DNA from: Rhizobium sp. Q54
GTDB lineage: Bacteria > Pseudomonadota > Alphaproteobacteria > Rhizobiales > Aestuariivirgaceae
NCBI GenBank assembly: GCA_945889445.1
Contig: CAMDBX010000002.1
Location: 2,041-66,040, forward strand
Direction of reading: 5' to 3'
DNA: 64,000 nt
The notes under the pieces: model-generated
Database searches by the model: none
Told to the model about the DNA's origin: nothing
Seen by the model: only the letters and a program-made list of their open reading frames with translations
Shown: in pieces, positions 27,202 through 36,392 of the stretch
Layout of the letters: every line of letters begins with the position of its first letter
How positions within the stretch are numbered: the stretch's first letter is position 1
Position numbers and translations under genes: made by a program

Positions 27202-28023
27202 TTATCCGGGCTCTTGCCAAGAAAGAAACGCGGCATCCGAGAGAAGAAGGCTCATCCGGTCGTTCACCGGCCACTGGGCGGGGCGTTCGCCGGAGGCTTT
27301 CAGGCTGCGGAGGCTGACGGCAAGGTCTGCGACGTCCTGGCGGGCAAGTCGCGGCGCACGGTGCAGGCGCTGGGCATCCGGCTTGCCATGGGCGGAGAGG
27401 ATGGTGGTTGCCTCGGCGAGCTGAGGCAGCAGGGCCTCGGCCGCGTCGAGATAGGACTTGAGGTCCGAATTGGCGATCTGGGCATAGAGCTTGCCGGGGT
27501 AGACGAAGTCCGCCGCGAACAGGATCCCGTTGTCCCGGTCATGCAGCGAGATCGAATCGGGCGAGTGGCCAGGCGTATGGAGAAGCCGAAGGCGGCGGCC
27601 GCCAAGGTCGATCTCGGAGCCAATGGGAAGCCAGCTGGCGGGCTTCACCGGGGTCCATGTCATGCCCTCCCAATAGCCGACGTAGAGATCGTCGGTGGGC
27701 ATCAGCCAGCCATCCTGCATGCAGGCGCGGAGCACGGTAAGATCGGGGAGCGCGATGTTGCCGAAACCGCTGAGCCCGCCCGTATGGTCATAATGCATGT
27801 GCGAGGGCAATGCCGTGACGGGCAGCGTGGTGAGACTGCGTACGGCCTTCGAAATGTCACGCACGCCGGGGCCGGTGTCCAGCATCAGCGCGCGGCGCGT
27901 GCCGAGGATCAGGTAGTTCCAGTTGATCTGGTGGAAGCGCGGCTCGCCAATGGCGATGACGCCGGGGGCCACCTCCTCCACCGCGAACCAGTCATCGAGC
28001 CAGATGACGCCTTCGCACAGCAT
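27202..28023 (-). CDS. MBL-fold metallo-hydrolase
   Basis: The ATG at 28023 shares a base with the upstream stop (TGATG). 273 aa with HMHYDHTGG (HxHxDH) and later LLHTPGHS. The track ORF start at 28287 is an extension into the upstream gene. Confidence 0.8.
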   Translation of the reverse strand: MLCEGVIWLDDWFAVEEVAPGVIAIGEPRFHQINWNYLILGTRRALMLDTGPGVRDISKAVRSLTTLPVTALPSHMHYDHTGGLSGFGNIALPDLTVLRACMQDGWLMPTDDLYVGYWEGMTWTPVKPASWLPIGSEIDLGGRRLRLLHTPGHSPDSISLHDRDNGILFAADFVYPGKLYAQIANSDLKSYLDAAEALLPQLAEATTILSAHGKPDAQRLHRAPRLARQDVADLAVSLRSLKASGERPAQWPVNDRMSLLLSDAAFLSWQEPG

Positions 28024-28952
28024 CAGGCGGCCTGCGCGCCATAGAACAGCGAGGACACGTGCTGGGCCTCGGCGAAGAACAGCCAGCGCTGCACCACGGC
28101 GGCAAACAGCGCCAGCGCCATGGCGAGCAGTGCCGCGACGGGCACGGCGAGCGCCGACAGCATGAGAAGAATGGCGAGGACGAGGGCCACGATCACCAGC
28201 CGCCTGAGCTGTGCGGCGTGCTTGCGCGCCACCACATAGCCCATTTCCTTCTGGATGTAGTTGGGGGCCGAATGCGGCTGTTCCCACTGGCTGACGGTGC
28301 CGAGGCGGCCAAGGCCTGTGGCATCGCCCATGGTCAGGTCACGCGGGGCGGCATCGATGCTGCGCCAGTAGAGAAGCACAATGATGCCGGCGAGCGCCAT
28401 AAGCACAGAGGAGAAATAGACGAGGAAGGCGGGAAAGTTGCCGAACACCGCGGTGATGGCGGCGAGGATCACCGCACCCGTGGCGAGCGCGAAGCTGATG
28501 TAGACCCAGACCGTCCACGGATTGTGCCAGGAGCGGATGGTCTTGAGGGTCGAATAGATCTTGGCGGTGCACAGCACGGTGATCATGGCCATGACCGCGG
28601 TGACGACGGCGAGCGGCGCGATGAGGGCCGGAGCGGCAATGAGGCCCGACCACACGGCGCCGAACACCACGGCGGGAAGATAGGTGATGACCGCCGCCAC
28701 GCCCTCGCGCGACAGCCAGGAAGAGCGCCACTGCGAGAAGGCCCGCCAGGCGCGCTCCGGATGGCCGAGATGGAAGGTCGATGACAACAAGCCGATGGTG
28801 ATGAGGCCCAGTGCCACCACCATCGCCGTGAGTCCGAATGCCAGCGACGAAGCCTCGCCATGGCTGATGCCGACGAGGCTCAGCAGCGCCAGAAGGCCGT
28901 AGCCGGCACCGGATGCCGTCGTGAACAGGATGACGGAATAGGCGGGATGCAT
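28023..28952 (-). CDS. Molybdoenzyme membrane-anchor subunit (DmsC/SoeC-like)
   Basis: 309 aa, about 8 hydrophobic helices (MHPAYSVILFTTASGAGYGLLALLSLVG...). It starts 3 nt after the Fe-S subunit stop. Confidence 0.75.
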   Translation of the reverse strand: MHPAYSVILFTTASGAGYGLLALLSLVGISHGEASSLAFGLTAMVVALGLITIGLLSSTFHLGHPERAWRAFSQWRSSWLSREGVAAVITYLPAVVFGAVWSGLIAAPALIAPLAVVTAVMAMITVLCTAKIYSTLKTIRSWHNPWTVWVYISFALATGAVILAAITAVFGNFPAFLVYFSSVLMALAGIIVLLYWRSIDAAPRDLTMGDATGLGRLGTVSQWEQPHSAPNYIQKEMGYVVARKHAAQLRRLVIVALVLAILLMLSALAVPVAALLAMALALFAAVVQRWLFFAEAQHVSSLFYGAQAA

Positions 28953-28955
28953 GGT

Positions 28956-29753
28956 CTAGCCTTCGAGCTTTCCGGAATGGTCGGGTTCATTGGCGCGGGC
29001 GGATGCCTTCCTCGGCGAGAGCACCTTGTCCGCCCACTGGAACAGGCGGTCGAAGGCGGAGCCGTCCGGCCGGGGCAGCGCTTCGGCGCGGGTGTTGGTG
29101 GCATCGCGGCGGGCGCGGGGCGGAAGGTATTTGTTGACGGGCTTGTAGCCCATCTCCGGCAGCAGATCATACCCGCCGCGCTCGGCGACGAGCTGCGAGA
29201 CCTTCGAGGTCTCATCGCCGAGATCGCCGAAGTGGCGGGCCCCGGTGGGGCAGGCCTTGACGCAGGCCGGCTGGCGGTCCTCCGGCTCGAAATTCTCGTT
29301 GTAGATGCGATCGACGCAGAGCGTGCATTTCTTCATGACGCCCTGGCTCTGGTCATATTCGCGCGCGCCATAGGGGCAAGCCCATGAACACAGCTTGCAG
29401 CCGATGCAGGTTTCGGGGTTCACCAGCACGATGCCGTCCTCGGCGCGCTTGTAACTCGCACCCGTTGGGCAGACGGTGACGCAGGCCGGTTCCTCGCAGT
29501 GCAGGCACGAGCGCGGGAAGTTGACGATGCGCGACTGCGCCTGGCCCTCCTCCATCACCTCGTAGCCATGCACGCGGTTGAGCCACACGCCCGAAGGATC
29601 GGAACCGTAGGGGTTCGTGTCGGTCAGGGGGCCTGAATACCCTTGCGTGTTCCACTCCTTGCAGGAGGTGGTGCAGGCCTGGCAGCCGACGCAGGTATCG
29701 AGGTCGATGACGAGGCCAAGCTTCTTGGCGGAGGGAGGCGGAAGCGATGTCAT
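28956..29753 (-). CDS. Four-cluster 4Fe-4S electron-transfer subunit (DmsB/PsrB/SoeB-like)
   Basis: The ATG at 29753 overlaps the catalytic-subunit stop (ATGA). Cys groups: CVGCQACTTSC, CLHCEEPACVTVCP, CIGCKLCSWACP and CTLC...CVKACP. Confidence 0.85.
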   Translation of the reverse strand: MTSLPPPSAKKLGLVIDLDTCVGCQACTTSCKEWNTQGYSGPLTDTNPYGSDPSGVWLNRVHGYEVMEEGQAQSRIVNFPRSCLHCEEPACVTVCPTGASYKRAEDGIVLVNPETCIGCKLCSWACPYGAREYDQSQGVMKKCTLCVDRIYNENFEPEDRQPACVKACPTGARHFGDLGDETSKVSQLVAERGGYDLLPEMGYKPVNKYLPPRARRDATNTRAEALPRPDGSAFDRLFQWADKVLSPRKASARANEPDHSGKLEG

Positions 29754-32557
29754 TCTACCCTCTCGAGCGGCTTCAGCGTGGCAAATTGCGGCGCACTGAC
29801 ATCCGACTGGTCGGAGGCCTTCTCGACGCGAACGCGGAGGTCGTACCATGCAGCTTGGCCTGTGACGGGATCGCTGTTCGAATAGCGATAACCGCCTTCA
29901 CGCTCAGGCAGTAGTTCCGAGATCAGGTGATTGAGCAGGAAGCCCTGCTTCGATTCATCCGATCCGGGCTTCAGGCCCCATGCGCCGGAGCGCTTGCCGA
30001 TGGCGTTCCACGTCCACACGGTTTCGGGGTTTACGCCATCCATCAGCCTGGCCTGGGCCTTGATCTTGCCGTGGTGCGAGGTGACCGTCACCCAGTCGCC
30101 ATCCGCCACCTTGAGCTTCACCGCCATCTCGCGCGCCATGTAGAGCCAGTTGCGCGACATGATCTGGCGGAGCCAGGCATTCTGCGAACCCCAGGAGTGA
30201 TACATGGCCATCGGCCGCTGGGTGACGGCATGCATGGGGAATTCCGTTTCCGACACCATCTCGCCCTCGAAGGGCGGATACCAGAAGGGGATGGGGTCGA
30301 AGTAATCCGCGATGCGCTTGCGATGTTGCTCAGGTGCCACGACCTTGCCGTGGCCGCGCGCCGACAGGCGGAACTTCTGCAGCGGCTCGCAATAGAGCTG
30401 GTGGATGACGGGCTCGGGCTTGCCGATGAAGCCGAAGAAGGTGGCCCAGTCGAGATAGGCCCAGTTCACATGGCGATAGTACTTCATGTGATCGGGAAGC
30501 TCGTAGAACCAGTGGCAGCCATTGTCGATGTAGCGCTGCAGTTGCTCCGGATTGGGCGTGCCGCGCCCCTGCGCGCGGCCGTTGGGCCCGCGGAACCCGG
30601 CCAGCGGGCCGATGCCGGGTGCGCGCTCATGGTTGACGATGTAGTCCGGGTAGCCGCCGGGATAGCGGGCCGAGCCATCGGTGCGCGTCATGCCCGGAAG
30701 GCCGATGCGCGTGCCAAGGTCGAGCAGCACGGTCTGGAAGGGGCGCACGTCACGCTCGGGCTCGACCACCGGCTGGCGGATCGAATCCGCCGGGCCGTCA
30801 GCCTCCGAAATCGGGCGATCGAGAAGCGAGATGCAATCCCAGCGCTCGAGATAGGTGGTGTCGGGCAGGATGAGGTCGGCGTAATGCACCATCTCGGAGG
30901 CATAGGCATCCGAATAGATGATCTTCGGGATGGTGTAGCTGCCGTCCGGCTCCTTCTGCGTGAGATACTTGATGGTATCCGGCACGTTCATCGCCGAGTT
31001 CCAGCTCATGTTGGCCATGTACATGAACAGGACGTCGATGCCGTAGGGGTCCTTCTTCGCGGCATTGGTGATGACCATGTGCATCATGCCATGGGCAGCG
31101 AGTGGCGCATCCCAGCTGTAAGCCTTGTCGAGGCGCTGCGGGGTTCCCTCCGCGTCGACCAGCAGGTCTTCGGGCGAGGTGACGAAGCCCAGCGGCGGGC
31201 CGGGGAGCGGCGTGTTGGGCTTCACCTGGCCGGGCTTGCCGGCCGGCTTCACGCCGGGCGGCGGCGGCTTGGGGAATGGCGGCTTGTAGCGGAAGCCGCC
31301 CGGCACATCGATGGTGCCGAGCAGGATCTGCAGGAGGTGGATGGTGCGGCAGGTCTGGAAGCCGTTGGCATGCGCCGAGATGCCGCGCATGGCGTGCATG
31401 GAGACGGGGCGCCCCACCATCTTTTCATGGTAGCGGCCGAGATGGTCCGTCCACGGAACGTCGAGCGCGATCTCCTCCTCGAAGGCGGTGCGGGCCAGTT
31501 CGGCGGCGATGCGCCGGATGGTCTCCACGGGAACACCGCAACGCTCGGAGACATTCTCGGCCGACCATTCGGCATCGATGAAGCGTTCGGCAATCAGCGT
31601 GAAGGCGGTGACGACGCGGCGGCCGTCCGGCATCTTGAAGCGGCCCATGAGCTTCGGCGCGGCATCGGGCGACAGGGCGGGCATGGGCGAATTCGAGTGG
31701 CTGTCCCAGACGAGGGCCGAATTCTGCGCGTTGCGGACGAAGAGGCCGTCATCGGCGCCACCCTCGTTCTCGATGATGAGCCACGGCGAGTTGGTGTAGC
31801 GGAGCAGGTATTCGCCATCGATCTTCTGGGCGGTGAGAAGCTCATGGATCAGCGCGCCGACGAACAGGCCGTCCGTGCCGGGGCGGATACCGATCCATTC
31901 GTCTGCGATGGCCGAATAGCCGGTGCGGATCGGATTGATCGAGACGATCTTGGCGCCCCTGGCCTTGAGCTGGCCCAGCGCCTTCTTGATGGGATTGGAG
32001 CCATGATCCTCGGCCACGCCGAACAGCATGAAATACTTGGTGTGTTTCCAGTCCGGTTCGCCGAACTCCCAGAAGGAGCCGCCGAAGGTGTAGAGGCCCG
32101 CCGCCGCCATGTTGACGGAGCAGAAGCCGCCATGGGCTGCATAGTTGGGGGTGCCGAACTGGGTGGCCCACCAGCCGGTGAGGCCCTGGCTCTGGTCGCG
32201 GCCGGTGAAGAAGGCCAGCTTCTTCGGGTCTTTGGCGCGAACCTCGGAGAGCCATCCGGCGGCGAGGCCCAGCGCCTCGTCCCACTCGATCTCCTTGAAC
32301 TCGCCCGAGCCGCGCTCGCCGACCCGCAACAGCGGCTTCGACAGGCGGCCCGGCGAATAATGCTGCATGATGCCGGCAGCACCCTTGCCGCAGATGACGC
32401 CCTTGTTGACCGGGTGATCCGGGTTGCCGTCGATATAGGTGACGCGGCCATCCTTCATCTGTACCCGGATGCCGCAGCGGCAGGCGCACATGTAGCAGGT
32501 GGTGGTCTTCACCTCGTCCCAGTTCTTCGGAGAGGTGTTTACGACGGGTTCGGTCAT
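29750..32557 (-). CDS. Molybdopterin (bis-MGD) oxidoreductase catalytic subunit, no Tat signal (SoeA-like)
   Basis: 935 aa from the ATG at 32557 (MTEPVVNTSPKNWDEVKTTTCYMCACRCG...). The N-terminal CxxCxxxC...C 4Fe-4S motif starts about 20 residues in. There is no twin-arginine leader or hydrophobic h-region. Confidence 0.85.
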   Translation of the reverse strand: MTEPVVNTSPKNWDEVKTTTCYMCACRCGIRVQMKDGRVTYIDGNPDHPVNKGVICGKGAAGIMQHYSPGRLSKPLLRVGERGSGEFKEIEWDEALGLAAGWLSEVRAKDPKKLAFFTGRDQSQGLTGWWATQFGTPNYAAHGGFCSVNMAAAGLYTFGGSFWEFGEPDWKHTKYFMLFGVAEDHGSNPIKKALGQLKARGAKIVSINPIRTGYSAIADEWIGIRPGTDGLFVGALIHELLTAQKIDGEYLLRYTNSPWLIIENEGGADDGLFVRNAQNSALVWDSHSNSPMPALSPDAAPKLMGRFKMPDGRRVVTAFTLIAERFIDAEWSAENVSERCGVPVETIRRIAAELARTAFEEEIALDVPWTDHLGRYHEKMVGRPVSMHAMRGISAHANGFQTCRTIHLLQILLGTIDVPGGFRYKPPFPKPPPPGVKPAGKPGQVKPNTPLPGPPLGFVTSPEDLLVDAEGTPQRLDKAYSWDAPLAAHGMMHMVITNAAKKDPYGIDVLFMYMANMSWNSAMNVPDTIKYLTQKEPDGSYTIPKIIYSDAYASEMVHYADLILPDTTYLERWDCISLLDRPISEADGPADSIRQPVVEPERDVRPFQTVLLDLGTRIGLPGMTRTDGSARYPGGYPDYIVNHERAPGIGPLAGFRGPNGRAQGRGTPNPEQLQRYIDNGCHWFYELPDHMKYYRHVNWAYLDWATFFGFIGKPEPVIHQLYCEPLQKFRLSARGHGKVVAPEQHRKRIADYFDPIPFWYPPFEGEMVSETEFPMHAVTQRPMAMYHSWGSQNAWLRQIMSRNWLYMAREMAVKLKVADGDWVTVTSHHGKIKAQARLMDGVNPETVWTWNAIGKRSGAWGLKPGSDESKQGFLLNHLISELLPEREGGYRYSNSDPVTGQAAWYDLRVRVEKASDQSDVSAPQFATLKPLERVE

Positions 32558-32605
32558 GCGCTTCCGGCCTAGGGGGTCCAATCTTTTCTACTCTACCGGC
32601 TCTCT

Positions 32606-32624
32606 TGGACCTATGATAGGTCCA
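32606..32624. promoter_or_regulatory. Perfect inverted repeat TGGACCTAT-g-ATAGGTCCA (candidate MocR/TauR-type operator)
   Basis: It sits in the 90-nt divergent spacer between the Mo-enzyme gene and the MocR gene. Additional half-site-like hexamers are GGTCCA (32575-32580) and GGACCA (32641-32646). Confidence 0.45.
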
Positions 32625-32647
32625 GACAGAGCGTTCACAGGGACCAA

Positions 32648-34111
32648 ATGCGCGACTGGCTCGTCCATATCCGGCGGAACGAACACGCCAGCCTCCAGAC
32701 CCAGATCCGCGAGGCGCTGGTCTCCGCCATCCTCGACGGGCAGCTTGCCCGTGAAGAGCCGATTCCGTCCACCCGCAAGATGGCCAAGAGCCTCGGGGTT
32801 TCCCGCAATACGGTGGTGCTCGCCTATCAGGGGCTTCTCGACGACGGCTACCTCATGGCCCGCGAGAGATCCGGCTACTACGTGGCCGAGAAGGCAATCG
32901 AGGGGGCCGTGACGCCGAAGCAGCCGCTGAAGCATGCGGCACCGGGCACCGGCATCGACTGGTCGCGGCGCCTCACCATGCAGCCGACCGACCAGGCCAA
33001 TGTCTCGAAGCCGCTGGACTGGCAGTCCTACCCCTACCCCTTCATCTATGGCCAGGTGGACCACACGCTGTTCCCGCTTGCCGAATGGCGTGACTGTGCC
33101 CGGCAGGCGCTGGGCAAGAAGTGGCTGGGCTCGTGGACCAACGACACCTGGGCCCATGACGACCCGCTGCTGGTGGAGCAGATTCGCCGCCGCATCCTGC
33201 CGCGCCGCGGCATCATGGCGAATGACGACGAGATCCTGGTGACGCTGGGCGCCCAGAACGCGCTCTACCTTCTCACCACGCTGCTGGCGGGACGCGACAC
33301 GCGGGTGGGCATGGAAGACCCCGGCTACCCGGACGTGCGCAACATCTTCAACCTCAGCACGCCGCATGTTTCGCTTCTGCACGTGGACGAGAAGGGCCTC
33401 GTGCCATCCGACGCCTTCGATGCCTGCGACCTCGTCTTCACCACGCCCAGCCACCAGTTCCCGACGACGGTGACGATGCCGCTGGAGCGCCGCATGGAAC
33501 TGCTCAAGCGCGCCGCGAAGCATGACGTGGTCATCATCGAGGACGACTACGAATTCGAGACGAATTACGTGAACGAGCCCTGCCCGGCGCTCAAGTCGCT
33601 CGATGATGACGGGCGTGTGATCTACGTGGGCTCGCTGTCGAAGACGCTGTTCCCGGGCCTGCGCCTCGGCTTCCTGGTGGCGCCGAAGAACATCGTGGCG
33701 GAAGCCCGCGCGCTCAGGCGCCTGATGGTGCGGCATGCACCCAACAACAACCAGCGCACGGCGGCGCTGTTCCTGTCGCTCGGCCACCACGACACGCTGA
33801 TCCGCCGGTTGCACCGCGCCTATCGCACGCGCTGGGAAATCATGGGTGAGGCCCTGAAGCAGCATCTGCCGGATGCGAGCCGCGTGCCGAGCTTCGGCGG
33901 CACGAGCTTCTGGGTGAAGGGCCCGGACGGGCTCGACAGTGATGAGCTCGGAAAGGCCGCGGCGGCCAAGGGCGTGCTGATTGAGCCCGGCCACATCACA
34001 TTCGGTGCGCCGGATGCGCCGCGCAATTTCTATCGCCTCGCCTTTTCCTCGATCGCCGAGCAGAAGATCGAGCCCGGCATCCGCATCCTGTCAGACCTCG
34101 TGCGGCGCTGA
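32648..34111 (+). CDS. MocR-subfamily GntR regulator (wHTH + aminotransferase-like PLP domain)
   Basis: 487 aa. GntR HTH PSTRKMAKSLGVSRNTVVLAYQGLLDDGYL, then a fold-type-I domain with VGSLSKTLFPGLRLGF (PLP lysine). Confidence 0.9.
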   Translation: MRDWLVHIRRNEHASLQTQIREALVSAILDGQLAREEPIPSTRKMAKSLGVSRNTVVLAYQGLLDDGYLMARERSGYYVAEKAIEGAVTPKQPLKHAAPGTGIDWSRRLTMQPTDQANVSKPLDWQSYPYPFIYGQVDHTLFPLAEWRDCARQALGKKWLGSWTNDTWAHDDPLLVEQIRRRILPRRGIMANDDEILVTLGAQNALYLLTTLLAGRDTRVGMEDPGYPDVRNIFNLSTPHVSLLHVDEKGLVPSDAFDACDLVFTTPSHQFPTTVTMPLERRMELLKRAAKHDVVIIEDDYEFETNYVNEPCPALKSLDDDGRVIYVGSLSKTLFPGLRLGFLVAPKNIVAEARALRRLMVRHAPNNNQRTAALFLSLGHHDTLIRRLHRAYRTRWEIMGEALKQHLPDASRVPSFGGTSFWVKGPDGLDSDELGKAAAAKGVLIEPGHITFGAPDAPRNFYRLAFSSIAEQKIEPGIRILSDLVRR

Positions 34112-34115
34112 GCCC

Positions 34116-35051
34116 ATGAAACTTGCAACCGACAACCGGGCGATGGCGATGTTCTGCGTGCTTGCAGGCGTAGGCCTCGCGTCCGCTCAGGACGCGGTCG
34201 TCAAGTACATGTCGTCAGGCTATCCGGCCTATGAGACGCTGCTCTTTCGTTGCATAGGCTCGCTGCCGGTGATCGCCTTCGTGCTGTGGCGCGAGGGGCG
34301 CGGCTGGTCGATTGCCACGCCGCTGTGGCGGCGGGTGTGCCTGCGAGGACTGATCCTCGCCGCAGCCTATCTGTGCTTCGTGCTGGCGATCGCGGCCATT
34401 CCCATTGCCAATGCGGTCGCGATCTATTTCACCATGCCGTTCTTCGTGGCGGGGCTCGCAGGGCCGATGCTGCATGAGCGGGTGCGGTTGCACCGCTGGC
34501 TGGCGATCATTGCGGGCTTCATCGGTGTTCTCATCATGGTGCGGCCGGGTGCTGGCGTGTTCGAGCCGGCTTCGCTGCTGGCGCTGGGCTCAGCGCTGGG
34601 CTACGCCGTGGGCCAGATGCTGGGCCGCCCGCTGTCCCAGAGAGTAACGCCCATCGTCATCGCGACGTGGCAGAACTTCATTTACGCTGGCTTGGCACTC
34701 AGCCTCGGCATTGTGTTCAACACCTTCGACTTCGGAACCTTCACGCATCCGAGCCTCGTGTTCCTGTCGCGTCCTCCAGTGTGGCCGTCGGCTTTCGATG
34801 CCATGCTGCTGTTTGGACACGGCATCTTTGCAGGGACCGCGATGATCCTGTTCATCAATGCCTACCGTTTGGCGGAAACGAACTTCGTGGCTCCCTTCGA
34901 GTATTCGGCGATGATCTGGGCCGTGTTCTACGGGATCGTGCTGTTCGGCGATTTCCCGGATTTCTTCACGTGGGTCGGCGTCGCAATCGTGGTGGTGGCG
35001 GGCATCCTGATGATCCTGCGCGACCGCGCGCTGGATCGATCCCTCACCTAG
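34116..35051 (+). CDS. DMT-superfamily (EamA-type) transporter
   Basis: The ATG at 34116 lies 4 nt after the MocR stop. 311 aa, about 10 TM helices in two repeats. Confidence 0.85.
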   Translation: MKLATDNRAMAMFCVLAGVGLASAQDAVVKYMSSGYPAYETLLFRCIGSLPVIAFVLWREGRGWSIATPLWRRVCLRGLILAAAYLCFVLAIAAIPIANAVAIYFTMPFFVAGLAGPMLHERVRLHRWLAIIAGFIGVLIMVRPGAGVFEPASLLALGSALGYAVGQMLGRPLSQRVTPIVIATWQNFIYAGLALSLGIVFNTFDFGTFTHPSLVFLSRPPVWPSAFDAMLLFGHGIFAGTAMILFINAYRLAETNFVAPFEYSAMIWAVFYGIVLFGDFPDFFTWVGVAIVVVAGILMILRDRALDRSLT

Positions 35052-35794
35052 AGGCCAAACCGAGTCGACAGCCGCCCCGCCAGCGACCGCGGCGGGAAGG
35101 GCATTTCAGCATCCACGCCGCGCCTCGTCCAGATCGTTGCATACATGTGCATGAAGGGCGACGGCGGCGGGTCACGCTCCTCGAGGAAATAGCCGGGCAC
35201 GTTCCACCACGCCACGGGGTCAACAACCTCAGGCGGCAGGATGTCGATCTCCTCGGCAGGCTCGCGCAGCATGAGGCTGGACATCATATGGGGGCCAACG
35301 TTTTCCCAGTTGCGATCCTCCGGATTGAGCGTGGCAACGCGATCCACCGCGCGGTGCCAGAGATCGCCCGCACGAGGTGAAGGATTGGCCATGAAGCTGT
35401 TGGTGACCTGGGTGAGGCTCTCGCCCGTTGCGGTCGGCTCGGCATGGCGGAAGGGGCGGCGCTTCTCCGAGGCGATCAGTGGGCGCGCCTCGATCTTCGG
35501 ATCGGGGTCGAGGGCCACGATGTCGAGATCGGCCCAGATGCCGCCCTGCTCGGACAGCACGCGGTAGCGGAACAGGCTGGTGAGATAGGCCATGTTGGAC
35601 GCGTCGCCCTGCGGCATGGGCAGCAGCGAGGACGCATCCTGCACGTTTTTGAATTCGGCGCGCAGGTGATCGGGATCGTAGCTCCAGAGGGTCACGCGGT
35701 AGCCTTGGGCGATGAAGCTGGCGAGGCTCAGGCGGGCGAGGCGCGAGAGTTCGCCTGAAACCCAGAGCATGTGGACGGGAAGTTTCTTCAACAT
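35048..35794 (-). CDS. Glycosyltransferase with DXD sugar-binding region (GT32-like)
   Basis: 248 aa. LTSLFRYRVLSEQGGIWADLDIVAL resembles the Gly_transf_sug (DXD) motif. Confidence 0.6.
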   Translation of the reverse strand: MLKKLPVHMLWVSGELSRLARLSLASFIAQGYRVTLWSYDPDHLRAEFKNVQDASSLLPMPQGDASNMAYLTSLFRYRVLSEQGGIWADLDIVALDPDPKIEARPLIASEKRRPFRHAEPTATGESLTQVTNSFMANPSPRAGDLWHRAVDRVATLNPEDRNWENVGPHMMSSLMLREPAEEIDILPPEVVDPVAWWNVPGYFLEERDPPPSPFMHMYATIWTRRGVDAEMPFPPRSLAGRLSTRFGL

Positions 35795-35802
35795 CGAGGA
35801 CC

Positions 35803-36270
35803 TCAGATCGGATAGCCCGCCCAGCCCTTCACCGTGCGGAGCGCCAACGAGGACTGGATGCGTTGCACGCCGGGAAGGCGCGAGATTCGCGAGCGGTGAA
35901 TGCGCTCATAGTCGGTCGCATCGGTTGCGGCAACGCGCAGCAGATAGTCGAACTGGCCGCTCATCAGATGGCACTCGAGAATTTCCGGCACGCGCTGCAC
36001 CGCCTTCTCGAACTTCTCGAAGGCCTCCTCCGTCTGGGCAGAGAGCGAGACCTCGACGAAGAACTCGTTGGCAAGCCCCAGCGCCGCGCGGTCAAGGTTG
36101 GCGGTGTAACCCTGGATGACGCCCGCCTCCTCGAGGAGCTTGACCCGCCTGTGGCAGGAGGAGGCCGAAAGGCCGGCCTTCTGCGCCAGATCGGCGATCG
36201 GGCGCTGGGCGTTCTTCTGCAGCTCCGACAGGATGATCTTGTCGGTCTTGTCGAGTTCCTGGGATTTCAT
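35803..36270 (-). CDS. Lrp/AsnC-family transcriptional regulator (ald regulator type)
   Basis: 155 aa. LDKTDKIILSELQKNAQRPIADLAQKAGLSASSCHRRVKLLEEAGVI HTH followed by an RAM domain. It is divergent from ald. Confidence 0.9.
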   Translation of the reverse strand: MKSQELDKTDKIILSELQKNAQRPIADLAQKAGLSASSCHRRVKLLEEAGVIQGYTANLDRAALGLANEFFVEVSLSAQTEEAFEKFEKAVQRVPEILECHLMSGQFDYLLRVAATDATDYERIHRSRISRLPGVQRIQSSLALRTVKGWAGYPI

Positions 36271-36392
36271 TCGAAATTTCTATCACATCTTCGAACTGAA
36301 TTTCAATGCTGCGCTGCTCCAGACGCCTCTTCGGAAAATCATTTCAAGCCGGATTTGGTAGGTTGCGCCCACCATTGAGGGAGGAATTTTCA

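Noticed and set aside
36306-36392. N-terminally extended starts offered by the ORF track. Examples: ald from 36306, psuK from 14007, corrinoid protein from 21601, MBL from 28287, Fe-S subunit from 29849, DMT from 33981, zur from 43461, citrate synthase from 45234, OYE from 52524 and the fusion gene from 60228.
   Set aside because: The extensions overlap upstream genes or read as low-complexity sequence. The chosen internal starts coincide with family N-termini, SD sequences or stop/start coupling (ATGA, GTGA, TGATG).
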